In this document: one piece after another, positions 49,041-62,239 of the stretch
Layout of the letters: the number at the start of each line of letters is the position of its first letter
How positions within the stretch are numbered: the stretch's first letter is position 1
Assembly (NCBI RefSeq): GCF_006345805.1
Contig: NC_043014.1
Span: 24,180,001 to 24,244,000 of the forward strand
Length of the DNA stretch: 64,000 bases
Source of the DNA: Octopus sinensis
Lineage: Eukaryota
Reading direction: 5' to 3'
Notes under the pieces: model-generated
What the model saw: only the letters and a program-made list of their open reading frames with translations
Databases searched by the model: none
Told to the model about the DNA's origin: nothing
Made by a program: the position numbers and the translations under genes

Positions 49041-50309
49041 ACAAGTAAAAGAATAAAAGAATATACATATATGTATATATAAATATATGTATATGTTTAT
49101 TCAATTGAAACAATTGTCGGATTTATAAGGTGAGAACTAAAATATAGATATGATTTTCTTCGTACATACTTTGTCATAACAAAAATCAGTACTTGCTGTA
49201 ATTTCTATAGAATATCTGTAGAGATAACCCTAACAGGCAATGTAATAGTGCGCTGCTAACACAGTAGAATGTGGTATTGATTTATAAAAACGTTTAATAT
49301 ACTTTACTTTATTATAATTGGTCATAACGGAATAACCTGTCTGGAATGTGTTCAATATGTAAAATAGGTATATCCAATAACCAAACACTGCTGTATACAG
49401 AGGCTATTTAAGCAATGTGTTCAATGATGACTAACGGGTTGGATGGGTACCCTTACCCTTTTCTCATCTTTGATCTCGTCGTTTGATTACATCTGATGTC
49501 TTGTATATGAAATGTTGTAACAAAAATCAGTGCTGGCTATAATCTCTATAGAATATCTGTAGAAATAACCTTAACAAGTAATGCAAAAGTGCACTGCTAA
49601 TGCAGTAGAACTTGGTATTGACTTACAAACATTTTATATACTTTATAGTATATTATGGTTGCATAATGAAATACTGTATACCTACAAGTCATTAGTATAT
49701 ATACATGTATATATTTACATATATGTATATATTTATATGTATCTATGAGCAAAACGCCCCCTGTCCAATGGACAGTGCTGAGTTGTCAAACATTTAAACC
49801 AAATTTTCTCAAAACAACATGTCTGACTGTCCCATAGGCCTCCCCTTTGAGAAACACTGATTTAACCTAAATTTGAGACACCAGCAAAAGAAGAAATAAA
49901 GATAGACTTTCTTCTATTCTAAAGAAAATGGTTTTATTCACACAAATATGCAACCGAAGAGTTTAAAGTACCAGTAATGATAAGGCTGTTGACTGGGGGA
50001 ACACAAACATGGTTTAAACAGTAAGCTTGGCAGGAAAGAAACGTGCCTTTAAGCAGTACAAAAACAACAAAAAATGGAAGGTGCAGTTATGTACAAGTTC
50101 ACGGAAGAAAAGCAGGACAAAAACGATGCATGCAAATGGGTTAGCTGGAGGTAAATCTAGATGGAAAAGCATAATGAATTTATGTACCTGGGACAATAAT
50201 AAGTTTATCCAATAAAACATGTAGGAAATCAACTTGGGGCGATTTTTGATGAAAAGCAACAACCTAAGGAACTAAGTAACTAATTTTAAGCTAACTTACT
50301 TTATGGGAT

Positions 50310-51074
50310 GTTCAAGGGCATGGAAAAGCTAGTGGAGTGCAGCATTGTAAACCACATTCCTTGTTACTCCGTCTGGAAAGTAGTAGAAAAGGTTTGTCGA
50401 ACAGCCAACCCTTGAACAGTTCACATACAGTTGTCCTTGCAAAAAGCAGGGAGTGCTGAGGTCCAACCCCACGACTTTCAATGACTGCCCCTGTGCTTTG
50501 TTGATGGTCATCGCAAAGATCAGGTGAATAGGGAATTGAATGCATTTCGTTGGGTAAACACAGTCCAACGGAATCAATGGCATGTGGGAAATAAAAACAA
50601 CATCCCCTGCTCCTTGACCCATGATAACTTTTGCCTCGAGAACATCATCCAAAAGTTGGGTGAGGACTAACCAAGTGCCATTGCAAAGTCGTGGGGGTTC
50701 CAAGTTTCGGAAGAGAATAATGGGACTTCCAACCGTGAGGCAGAGTTTATGGGGTGGCAAATCTGATGGTTCTTGTGAGTTAAGAAATTCAGTCAAGTAC
50801 ACCATGACTTGCTCTGGGTTAGTAATTGAATCAACGAATGTGTAGATTTGTTCCTGGGTCGGCAGTTGACAAGGGAGGTGAGTGTTAAGCGTATTCCTAC
50901 GACTTTATCGATCGCGTTCTCACCTGGAATCGATTTTTGTAATTTTTTCAAAACTTATACATGCCCTGATACCGTCGGTATCTATATATCAAATTTGAGC
51001 ACAATTGGATGGAGGAAGCCCGAGATCCTAGAAGACACACAGACAGACAGACAGAACGGATTTTATATAATAGA
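50310..51074 (-). mobile_element. Internally deleted Helitron: 5' terminus fused to the PIF1-like helicase C-terminus
   Basis: A|TCTATTATATAAAA start at 51074; ORF 50329-50805 with PPHKL.L.VG.PIILFRNL..PRLCNGT, QFPI..FAMTINKAQGQSL, GQLYV..SRV. Confidence 0.88.
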
Positions 51075-51101
51075 TGTATAAATACATGTATATTTATATA
51101 C

Positions 51102-51155
<54 letters not shown>

Positions 51156-51478
51156 ATGTAAATGTATGCACCTTTATCCTGACTTCACAGTCTTCCATAG
51201 GAATTATGTCTTTTTCATGGAAAAATTGGTAACAAGAGGAGTTCCTGGTCAATGAAAATTCTCTCAACAAATTGTATCTGATCCATCCAGGCATGGAGAA
51301 ATGGACATTAAGTGATTATGGTGATGACGGCAGCAGTGATGGTGGTTGTTGTTGTAGTTCTATTGAATAGCCTCCATTTGTGCCACATTTTCAATATAAT
51401 CCATTGTTATTTTTTTTTATTTTATGTTTATTGATTTCTTTATTTCATTTTGTTTTCACTATCATTCTACCATTTCAG

Positions 51479-51601
51479 GTAAATAATTTTACTTTAGATC
51501 AGCAACCTGGCAGTAATACAATGAGTATGGAGGAGGTTGCTATGGGTTTCATTCGGGTTGCTAATGAAGCTATGTGTCGTCCCATTAGAGCTCTCACCCA
51601 G
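51479..51601 (+). CDS. OPLAH: 5-oxoprolinase exon ([41 protein letters not shown]), phase 0/0
   Basis: tttcAG acceptor, CAG|GTAAG donor; [24 protein letters not shown] closely matches vertebrate OPLAH as recalled. Confidence 0.97.
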
Positions 51602-52407
51602 GTAAGCTGCAATTCTTATAAATGTACAACTTTCAAGTTTCCATAGCTGTTGTTCTCTAACATCTAATGTGATTTTTCATTTGTCTTGTTTTCTTTCTGC
51701 TTTTAGTCATTGGACTGCAGCCTTACTAGGGCACCATCTTCAAGAATTTGATTATGTGGTTCAGAAATTTACTTCATAAGCACATAGCCCTAAGCTCAAT
51801 CCTATTGCACATGGCCTTGGGCAAGTGTCTTCTACAATAGCCTTATGTTGACCAATAATCCTAGCTTGATGAGAATGGAAACAAAAACAAAATGATGATT
51901 TTTCAATCAATCAATTGTAATATTTGTTCAGGACCATTTACAGACACTTCTTTGGCATTCTTGCTCTCTGAAATGCTATGAACCCATTGGATTGATCTAT
52001 TGCAAAACTGTAACCAATAGTGCTATTATTCACTAATTGCAATATGAATAAACAGTGAGCTCCCCTAAAGGCATCCAAGAATCAGGGGTTGTAATTCAGC
52101 CAGGTGACACTTTAGGCCTGGTTCGATGCCCAAGCAGTAGGTCTGGTCCATATCCTTGTAACAGTGAATTCTGCCAAATGCACCCAAGGCATATGGTTTT
52201 TTTGTTCTTATGTAGCCTTGGGTCAGACATAGTTAAGCAGTCCTAATATGCAGATAGTCAATTGAATGGCAAGATATAACCCCATTTTGCCGGTTATACT
52301 ATGCATCTACTTAGGGAACATAATGCACAATCTAAGGTGCAATCTAAGGGTGGAGTGTGACAGAATAGATGTGGTTCATTCTTTCTGTTGTACAGTCTTT
52401 TACTGTA

Positions 52408-53147
52408 TCATCATCATCGTTTAACGTCCGTTTTCCGCGCTAGCACGGGTTGAACAGTTCGACCGGGGTCTGGGAAGCCAGGGGCTGCTCCAGGCTCCAG
52501 TCTGATCTGGCAGAGTTTCTACGGCTGGATGCCCTTCCTAACGCCAACCACTCCGCGAGTGTAGTGGGTGCTTTTTATGTGCCACCTGCACAGGTGCCAG
52601 GGGGGGTCCGGCATCGGTCACGATCGGTTGGAGCTTTTAACGTGCCAGCAGCATGGAAGCCAGCCAAGTTGCGGCGCTGGCAACGTTCGGATGGTCTTTT
52701 TATGTGCCACCGGCACGGGAGCCAGTCGGGGCGGCGCTGGCATCGGCCACGTTCGGATGGTGCTTTTTATGTGCCACCAGCACAGAAGCCAGTCGGGGCG
52801 GCGCTGGCATCGGCCATGTTCAGATAATGCTTTTTATGTGCCACCGGCACAGGCATCACAACTACTATTTCCATTGATATTTATTTCGACATTCATGTTC
52901 ATGTACTTGACTCAACAGGTCTCCTCAAGCACAGCGGGACGTTCTGGGATCCGGGGTACTTTGAATGGGCAGGGGCTATGCGGAACTGATGCAGGAAGCA
53001 GCCCGGGTCTTTGCCGTCACAGCATATCTCCAGAGATCTCGGTTCTTCGCCATTGCCTCAGTGAGGCCCAACGCTCTGAGGTCATGCTTGACTACCTCAT
53101 CCCATGTCTTCCTGGGTCTACCTCTCCCCCTGATACCTTCAACTGTT
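52408..53147 (-). mobile_element. RTE 3' fragment, same subfamily as 34905-35733
   Basis: (CAT)n tail, 5 repeat units, RT C-terminal GRGRPRKTWDEVVKHDLRALGL. Confidence 0.92.
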
Positions 53148-53749
53148 TGTCCACAGATTTTGCTGATGACCATAGAAGCAAGCAAAGTCTGAGCTTTTAA
53201 TGTTGCTGCTTTCATTCTTTGTTTGTTTGGGTCAAGTATGATAGTGTTTTTTTCAGATGATGTTGTTGTAGTCTTTCAGGATATTGTATATGTACCAGGA
53301 TGTTTGGAGCTGGTTATCATATAATGGCATGGACAGTTGAGATTAAATACTTCTGCAGTAATTACCCTGTTTATTGTTTTATAATACTTTCATGTATCTA
53401 ATGCGCTCATTACAAATGGAAAACTAAATGTCATAGTCTAGGGAACCAGGTGAGCTTAATCCTGCTAGGTACAATAATTATTACGAATAAAAAATATTGC
53501 AAACAAGCCAAATTATCACACACTATAAGCACCAACTAATGGTATGTTGGCAGTTATGTGGGAGAAGTCAAATCATTCCATTACATCTCCTTCTTCAGAA
53601 TACATAACCTTCACCTGGTATGTGTCTTATTTATCTAAATGAAATATTCACTTTGAAAGGAATGGTGACAAACTTTCATTTACCTCACTGCTGTTTGCAA
53701 TGAGTGGGTGTTAATAGTTACACCTTGGTGGCTGCTGCTGCTACTGATG

Positions 53750-56700
53750 ATGATCATCATCGTTTAACGTCTGCTTTCCATGCTAGCATGGGTTGGATGA
53801 TTTGACTGAGGGCTGGCGAACCAAATGGCTGCACCAGGCTTCAATCTGAATCTGGCAGAGTTTCTACAGCTTGATGCCCTTCTTAATGCCAACCACTCCA
53901 GGAGTGTAGTGGGTGCTTTTTACGTGCCACTAGCATGGGGTCAGTCAGGCAGTACTTGGCAACGACCTTGCTCAAATCTTTTACACATGCCACTGGCACA
54001 GGTGCCAGTAAGGCTCAAATGGTGCCTTTTATGTGCCACCGGCACGGAGGCCAGATAGCCGCTCTGGCAATGATCATGCTCGGATGGTGCTCTTAACACC
54101 CTACTAGCATGGGGTTCGAGTTCCAGTAAGGCAACGCTGGTAACAATCACACTCGAATGGTGCCTTTTATGTGCCACTGGCATGGAAGCAGGTTAGCCGC
54201 TCTGTCAACGATCACACTCGTATGGTGCTCTATGCACCCTGCTAGCACGGATGCCAGTCATCGAATTTGATTTTGATTTTGATTTCACTTGCCTCAACAG
54301 GTCTTCGCAAGCAGAGTTTTAGTGTCCAAAGAAGGAAAAGGTACGCATAAGTGGGCTGGTTACGCCCCTGGCATAGGCCACGAGGTTATGGTCTCATTTG
54401 GCTTGCCAGGTCTTCTCAAGCACAGCATATTTCCAAAAGTTTTAGTCACTAGTCTTTTCCTTGGTGAGGCCTAAAGTTTGAAGGTCGTGCTTCACCACTT
54501 CATTCCAGGTCTTTCTTGGTCTACCTCTTCCACAGGTTCCCTCAACCGCTAGGGTGTGGCACTTTTTCACACAGCTATCCTCATCCATTCTTGCCACATG
54601 ACCATACCAGCGCAGTTGTCTCTCTTGCACACCACATCTGATGCTTCTTAGGTCCAACATTTCTCTCAAGGTACTTACACTCTGTCAAGTATGTACACTG
54701 ACATTACACATCCATCGGATCATACTGGCTTCATTCCTTGCGAGCTTACGCATGTCCTCAGCAGTCACAGCCCATGTTTCACTGCGATGTAGCATGGCTG
54801 TTCATACACATGCGTCATACAGTCTACCTTTTACTCTGAGCGAGAGGCCTTTTGTCACCAGCAGAGGTAAGAGCTCTCTGAACTTTGCCCAAGCTATTCT
54901 TATTCTAGCAGCTACACTTTAAGTGCATCCTCCCCCGTTACTAACTTGGTCACCTAGGTAATGGAAGCTATCAACTACTAGTTTTCCTCCCTGGAATGTG
55001 GTGGAAGTTGTTCTCTGTGCATTTTCAGAGTATACTGCACCCAAGCATCTGCCACATACAAAAACTATCTTCCCAGTTAGCCTTCCTTTGATATTACTGC
55101 ACCTCTTATGTGTTCATAGCTTACACTGGGTACATCTTATAGAGTTTCTACCTACGCCTCTACTACAGATCGAGCAGTGTTATCTACCTGAAGGGATTTG
55201 TGGTTTGCCTGCCTTCCTGCTTATTAGGACTTTGGTTTTAGCTAGGTTGACTCTAAGGTCCTTCGATTCTAATCCTTGTTTCCACACTTGAAACTTCTCT
55301 AGTTCTGATAGTGACTCAGCAATTAGAGCAAGGTCATCAGCATATAGGAGCTCCCAGGGGCATCCTGTCTTGAATTCCTCTGTTTTTGCCTGGATGACTA
55401 TGATAAATAGGAGGCGGCTGAGGACTGAACCTTGGTGGACCCCTACCTCTACCCTGAATTCTTCAGTGTACTCGTTGCCAACCCTCACCTTACTGACAGC
55501 GTCCCTGTACATGGCTTGCACGGCTCTCACTAACCATTCATTTATCCCTAGTTTCCTCATTGACCACCAGATAAGGGATTGGAGGACCCTGTCAAAGGCT
55601 TTCTCCATGTCAACGAAAGCCAGGTACAGGGGCTTATCTTTGGCTAGGTATTTCTCCAGTAGCTGTCTTACCTGGAATATAGCATCAGTGGTGCTTTTCC
55701 CTGGCACGAAACCAAACTGCATCTCATCCAGATTGACTCTTTCTCTAATTAGTTGGGCTATGACCCTCTCTGTGTCCTTCATTACCTGATCCAACAGCTT
55801 GATACCTCTGTAATTATTTGTATCTAAAGCGTCACCTTTACCTTTGTAGCAGTTGACTATTATGCTGCTACACCAGTCATTGGGTATGACTCCTTTGTGT
55901 ATCACCTAGTTAACTATACGGGTGACTAGGCTATAGCTGACACTGCCAGATATTTTGAGCATCTCTACATTAAATCTGATGGGCCAGGGGCTTTCCCTGT
56001 CTTCATACTTTTAATTGCTTTATCTACCAAGGAACTGTCAACTCGGATAGCTGGTCCCTCTGTTGGGTTGACATTCGGCAGACTCTCTTTCTCCCATTCA
56101 TTTTCTTTATTCAGCAACCTGTCATAGTGGCATCTCCAAACCCCTCTCTTTGCAGCCTCATTTAGTGCAAGTGAGCCATCATCCATGCGAACACATTTCT
56201 CTCCTACAACATCCCGATTCTCTCTCACACAACTGTTTTGCAACATGAAATACCTCAAGTCTTTGGTCCTCACAGCACAGAACATTGGCAAATTTTTTCT
56301 TATCTGCTTCCCCTCTGGCTAAATAAACCTGTCTCCTAGCTTCCCTTCTGGCAGTCTGATACAATTTCCTACTACCACTGTTCTTCCAGTCCTTCCAAGT
56401 TTGTTTCTGTTTTCTAATAGCCCTGTCAACAAGATTGTTCCACCACCACATTATTTTGGGTTGAGAGGGGACTTTACACAGGTTGTCTCGTAGAAACCTC
56501 CAGTTGTCTTCTATATCGTGTGAAGCTATATCCCCTTCTATTTCGTCAAAGGCTTCTAGTAATATGTCTCTAAATCTCTGTCAATTTGCAGGATCTTTAA
56601 ATCTCCAGACCCTTCTTCTCCTTGCTAGTCATCTTCTGGGCATCCATTTAGCCCTGATCCTGAAGTCACTAACTACCAGTCTATGTTGTGGGGTACATTC

Positions 56701-56995
56701 TTCGCCTGGGAAGGTTTTGGCATTTATAAGCAGCCATCTTTCCCTTTTCTGGTGAGGATGTAGTCAATTTGACTAGTGTGTCTGCCAGAGCGGTAGGTGA
56801 CTGGCAGGTTTTCTGAAGTTAGTATTGCAGACCATAAGATCATTTGCATCACAGAACTCCAGCAGCCTGGTTCCCTCCTCATTGCAAGAGCCAAAACCGT
56901 AGCCTCCATGTATGCCATGGAAGCCCCCAACATGTTGTCCAACATGTCCAAGCCAGAAATATAAGCTTTTACATCCTTTATGGAAATTCTCTTGA
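53750..56995 (-). mobile_element. RTE LINE, 5'-truncated within EN, frameshifted
   Basis: ORF 55180-55905 (QFGF, FVDMEKAFDRV, HQGSVLS, YADD); SQIDYIL remnant at about 56760; 3'UTR with about 6 units. Confidence 0.93.
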
Positions 56996-57504
56996 CCACA
57001 ATATAAACAACTATACGGCTGGACTGAAAGAAAGTAAAGTTGAACTACAGTACTCCCATATTTATGATAAATTTATGGTTTCATACACTGACACAATATC
57101 ACAATATTGCATTCACATGCACAGAATCATGCATTTTGTCCTACAAAACAACTTTAAAATGTCTTTCAATAAGTGTATGATGAAACATACTTATTTTCTT
57201 CTTACTAAATATCCTTGTAAAACAGCAGTGCATCTTATATGCAGGCAAATACAATAACTATCATCACATGTCCAGGTGGTCACCAGTTTTTAGAATTTTG
57301 GTTTTACTGTGTAGATGGTTGGTCTATGGATGCAGTTTGTGTACAACTTTTTAAGATGTGTAGTGTGCAGTTTGTGTAAATTGTAGTTTATTGTGGCTCA
57401 TTGAATAGAGGGTGGGAGCCTATAGAAGACATATGCTTCATGATAGTTCTGATGTGTTGTTATATACTATTGTTGTCATTTCTTTCTGTTGGTAAAATAT
57501 GGTA

Positions 57505-58376
<872 letters not shown>

Positions 58377-58547
58377 TATTTGTGATTGCTCTAAACATGT
58401 TTGTGCATCATTCTGTTTTTTACTATCTTCTCTGTATACTATGAATGTTATGGAAATGTAAGTAAATCTTAATATTTTTGTCTTCTGTGTTTGGTTGAGT
58501 GTGGTTACTGGCTGTAAATACAAGTACGTATAAATTCATGTTAGATT

Positions 58548-59700
58548 TTATTACCCTGCACGCATAAGTGAAAACAGGGTATTGTAATCACTTGTCTTTG
58601 TTTGTCTGTGTGTTTGCAAAATTACTTGAAAATGGCTGAACAGACTTTCACCACATGTGGCAGAAATACTCATTGGGTGAGTGGTTTGATATGATGAACA
58701 TTTGGTTTGATTTATCTTTAAAAAAAATCGAACTTACAAATTTCTTAGTAAGCAAGTCCTTATATTATTTTGTTCAATTTCTTTTTCATATGAATTGACC
58801 TTCGTCTGTTTGTGTATAGATCATGGTGTACCTATGCACATAGACACGAGTGCGTACATACATACATAAATACATACATAGGTATGCAACTCTGTGTGTG
58901 TGCGTACACTGATAAATTTGAGGCTTTTGTTTATTTATGAGTTGATTTCTTAATTTCACCAGAGTATAAATACCTATAATGGTGATATTTAAAAGAAAAA
59001 AATTTTAATCAAACTTACAAATTTCCCAGTAAGTGGTCATATTATTTTGTTCACTTTCTTTTTCATATGAATTGTCCTGCGTCTGTGTGTGTACAGATCA
59101 TGGTGTACCTATGTGCATAGACGTGTGCATACATACATATGTACATATACATACATAATTGAAAAGTTCGTTCTAGGTATAAAGATACCATAAACAATTA
59201 TAAAAATGGAGAAAAGATGTTAAAAAATCAAATTTAGATTTAATAAGTACATACAAACGTTTCAAAGAGCAATACAAATATGTAAGAAAAAAATAATATA
59301 AATAATAATTTTAATTAAAGTTATGTATTGTCATTCTCATAAATGTGAAGAATTTAAGGAAAAAGCATCCCAAAAAGTTATTACTAAAAATCAAGAAGGA
59401 AAAACAAATAGGATAATGGAAAATTTAAATGGATATTTACAAATAAGTTGTAAAAGGGAAAAATTAAGAGAAACAAAAAAGAGGGACATGTCAATGTGTA
59501 TGCAAGTCTATTTATGAAAAAAATACATACATAGATATGCAACTCTGTGTGTGTGTGTGTGTGTGTGTACATTGATGGATTTGAAGGTTTTGGTTATTTG
59601 AGTTGATTTCTTTCACCAGAGTATAAATACCTATAATGGTGTTATTTAAAAAACAAAATTATGTCAGTTCAATTGAAAAGCATGGGTAAGCAACACATTA
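58548..59700 (+). mobile_element. Putative Helentron-associated (HINE/DINE-1-like) element with an internal tandem duplication
   Basis: 5' ATTACCCTG..CAGGGTATT hairpin followed by a (GTCT/GTTT) microsatellite; ~280-bp unit repeated (about 58725-59005 and 59010-59660, the latter with an insertion). Confidence 0.45.
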
Positions 59701-59908
59701 TAAGCCACACTATAATTTGCAAAAAAATTTATCTGCATGCAAGAAATGCATCACCCCCTCCAATGCCTTTTTTTTTTTCATTCTTATTCTGTATTTGCAT
59801 AAGTCTCCACCCTTCCTTTTTTTCTACTCCACTTGATTCAAATTTAATTTAATCTACATAGCACGAGCCTAGTTTCTGTACACTTGTTTTAGAAGATGAA
59901 TGTACCCA

Positions 59909-60182
59909 TGGGCATATGGCATAATGGTTAAGAGCGCGGGCTACTAACCCCAAGATTCCAATTTCTATTCCAGGCTGTAACCTGAATAATAATAATAATA
60001 ATAATAATCGCATTGAAAAATACCTGAGGAATGAGAACCCAGGTTTGAAATTTCCCCAAGACACCTGATGACGGCTGGAGGGTATATTAGCCAAAATGTT
60101 GTGTTAACAACAAATAAAATGAGGACAAACATCTGTCAAATGTAAATAATGTACATAATTCCTCATCTCTTTAATATAGAAC
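59909..60182 (+). mobile_element. tRNA-headed SINE with hammerhead-like 3' module (copy 2), 12-bp TSD
   Basis: TSD TGAATGTACCCA at 59897-59908 and 60183-60194; CTGATGA 60065-60071; colinear with 7567-7808. Confidence 0.8.
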
Positions 60183-61409
60183 TGAATGTACCCAAATACC
60201 TTATATTTATATATATATCATCATCATCATCATAATTTAACATCCACTTTCCCCTGCTTGCATTGGTTGGACAGAGATTATTGAAACAAACTTTCTATGG
60301 TCAGCTGCCCTTCCTGTCACCAATCCATGCCAGACATGTTTTCACAGAAAAGTTTAAATGAATGACGTTCATTCACAACAATTACACTGTTAAGAGGAAA
60401 CACACACACTTGCGTGTGCAGACAAGCACACACATGCATACATACACAACTCCACTCACAAGGCTCTGGTCAACCTGAGGCTATAATAGAAGATTATAGG
60501 TGGAAGCAAGTTTGTCAACCACATAGCCATGTCATTATCCAGTTTTTGAACAGTAATTATTACTTTGAAATTTGTTGAGCAGCTCTTTTGCTGTTTTCTC
60601 ATGGCTGGATAGTTGAATAATATAAACATGGCTGGTTTGACTACCTTTTCTGTCAATGAAGTTTCCAGTGTAGTAACTTGCTCTGGTGTTGACAAAGTGA
60701 AAGTTGTATATTGATAGTCACCAATATTGTGCTGGTTGAATATCATGCATCAAGATTGTTACTTTCTTTGCTGGCTGAATGTCATGATCACCATTGTGCC
60801 ATTAGTTTTGATGGGTCTTGGGTTGGTGTCATGATAGATTGCATGTTGTCCCGTTAATAAATCAAAGCCATCATTGTTTAATTAACACTTATTGTTTATT
60901 GAAGTATATTACAATGTTTGCATTTTTACATTGTCGCTTGCCAGTAGTGTATTGTAGTGTGCTAGAACAAATGTAGTTTGTAATTACATTACTAACAGAA
61001 GAGATTAGCCTCCTGTGTGAGGCAGGAATAATGCTCTATGTAGCCTAATTGAAGAAAGCCTTTAACTCAGGGCTGAACTTCAGCCAAGAAAACTTGTCAA
61101 TTTAGGGCTTGTTGCTTGTGCTTCTGAAGTGCACCACTTTCATGTGTTTATGGCTAAAAACTGACTGGCTACTTATTTATTTAGTGAGAGGTGACAATAT
61201 TGTGTTCATGGAGAATTACATTAACAACAAGGTAATCCTTTTCAATATAGGTCGTGCAGGGACCAAGAATCATGTGTACATTTATCTCCTCTGAAATCTC
61301 TAACCTCTGCACTGATCCTCATATAACCCCTGTTTACATGGGAACCCCTGGAACATGATAGAACATCTCTCTATATATAAATGGCAAAATGTCTGTCTGT
61401 GTGTGTGTA

Positions 61410-61658
61410 TATCCTTTTTACTCTTTTACTTGTTTCAGTCATTTGACTGCGGCCATGCTGGAGCAATGCCTTTAGTCGAGCAAATCGACCCCGGGACTTA
61501 TTCTTTGTAAGCCCAGTACTTATTCTATCGGTCTCTTTTGCCGAACCGCTAAGTGACGGGGACGTAAACACACCAGCATCGGTTGTCAAGCAATGCTAGA
61601 GGGACAAACACAGACACACAAACATATACACACACATACATACATATATATATATATA

Positions 61659-61694
<36 letters not shown>

Positions 61695-61858
61695 GACAGG
61701 CTTCTTTCAGTTTCCGTCTACCAAATCCACTCAGAAGGCATTGGTGGGCCCGAGGCTATAGCAGAACACACTTGCCCAAGTTGCCACGCAGTGGGACTGA
61801 ACCTGGAACCATGTGGTTGGTAAGCGAGCTACTTACCACACAGCCACTCCTGGCGCCT
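61410..61858 (-). mobile_element. Near full-length octopus-type tRNA SINE with an internal (CA/TA)n spacer
   Basis: minus-strand head AGGCGC..GGAGTGGCTGTGTGGTAAG..GGTTCAGTCCC (A/B boxes); 3' end GCAGTCAAATGACTGAAACAAGTAAAAGAG. Confidence 0.88.
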
Positions 61859-62239
61859 TTATACAAATCCACAATTTTTCAGTTAGAGGGCTTGTACTTT
61901 CTATGGTCATTCAAAGCCATCCAAGTGTAGTTGTGAAGATCTTTTCATTTCCCAGTTACCCCTAAAGCCATTAAAAAAATTCAATAAACTGACCCCTTAT
62001 GTTTCAGGTAACAAAAGTCTTTAATACAAGGGATGTAACTCACTTAATCCAGCTGTTAAATCTAGAGATATTAAACCATAGCAAGGGAAATAACTCTTTA
62101 AAACTCTGTATTTCCCTCCCTTTGTTATGTATCACACCTCAATACTGTACCGGACCAATTTATCCAATTTAGGACCGGAACTGTCCCAGATTTCTGGATT
62201 TTCCAGTTTCCCAGAGAATTTCTAAACATTTGCTTAAAA

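Noticed and set aside
52560-52860. Regularly spaced ~25-bp repeats with variable linkers, superficially like a CRISPR array
   Set aside because: Eukaryotic context, no cas genes, linkers are mutually homologous, and the arrays are fixed parts of RTE 3'UTRs.
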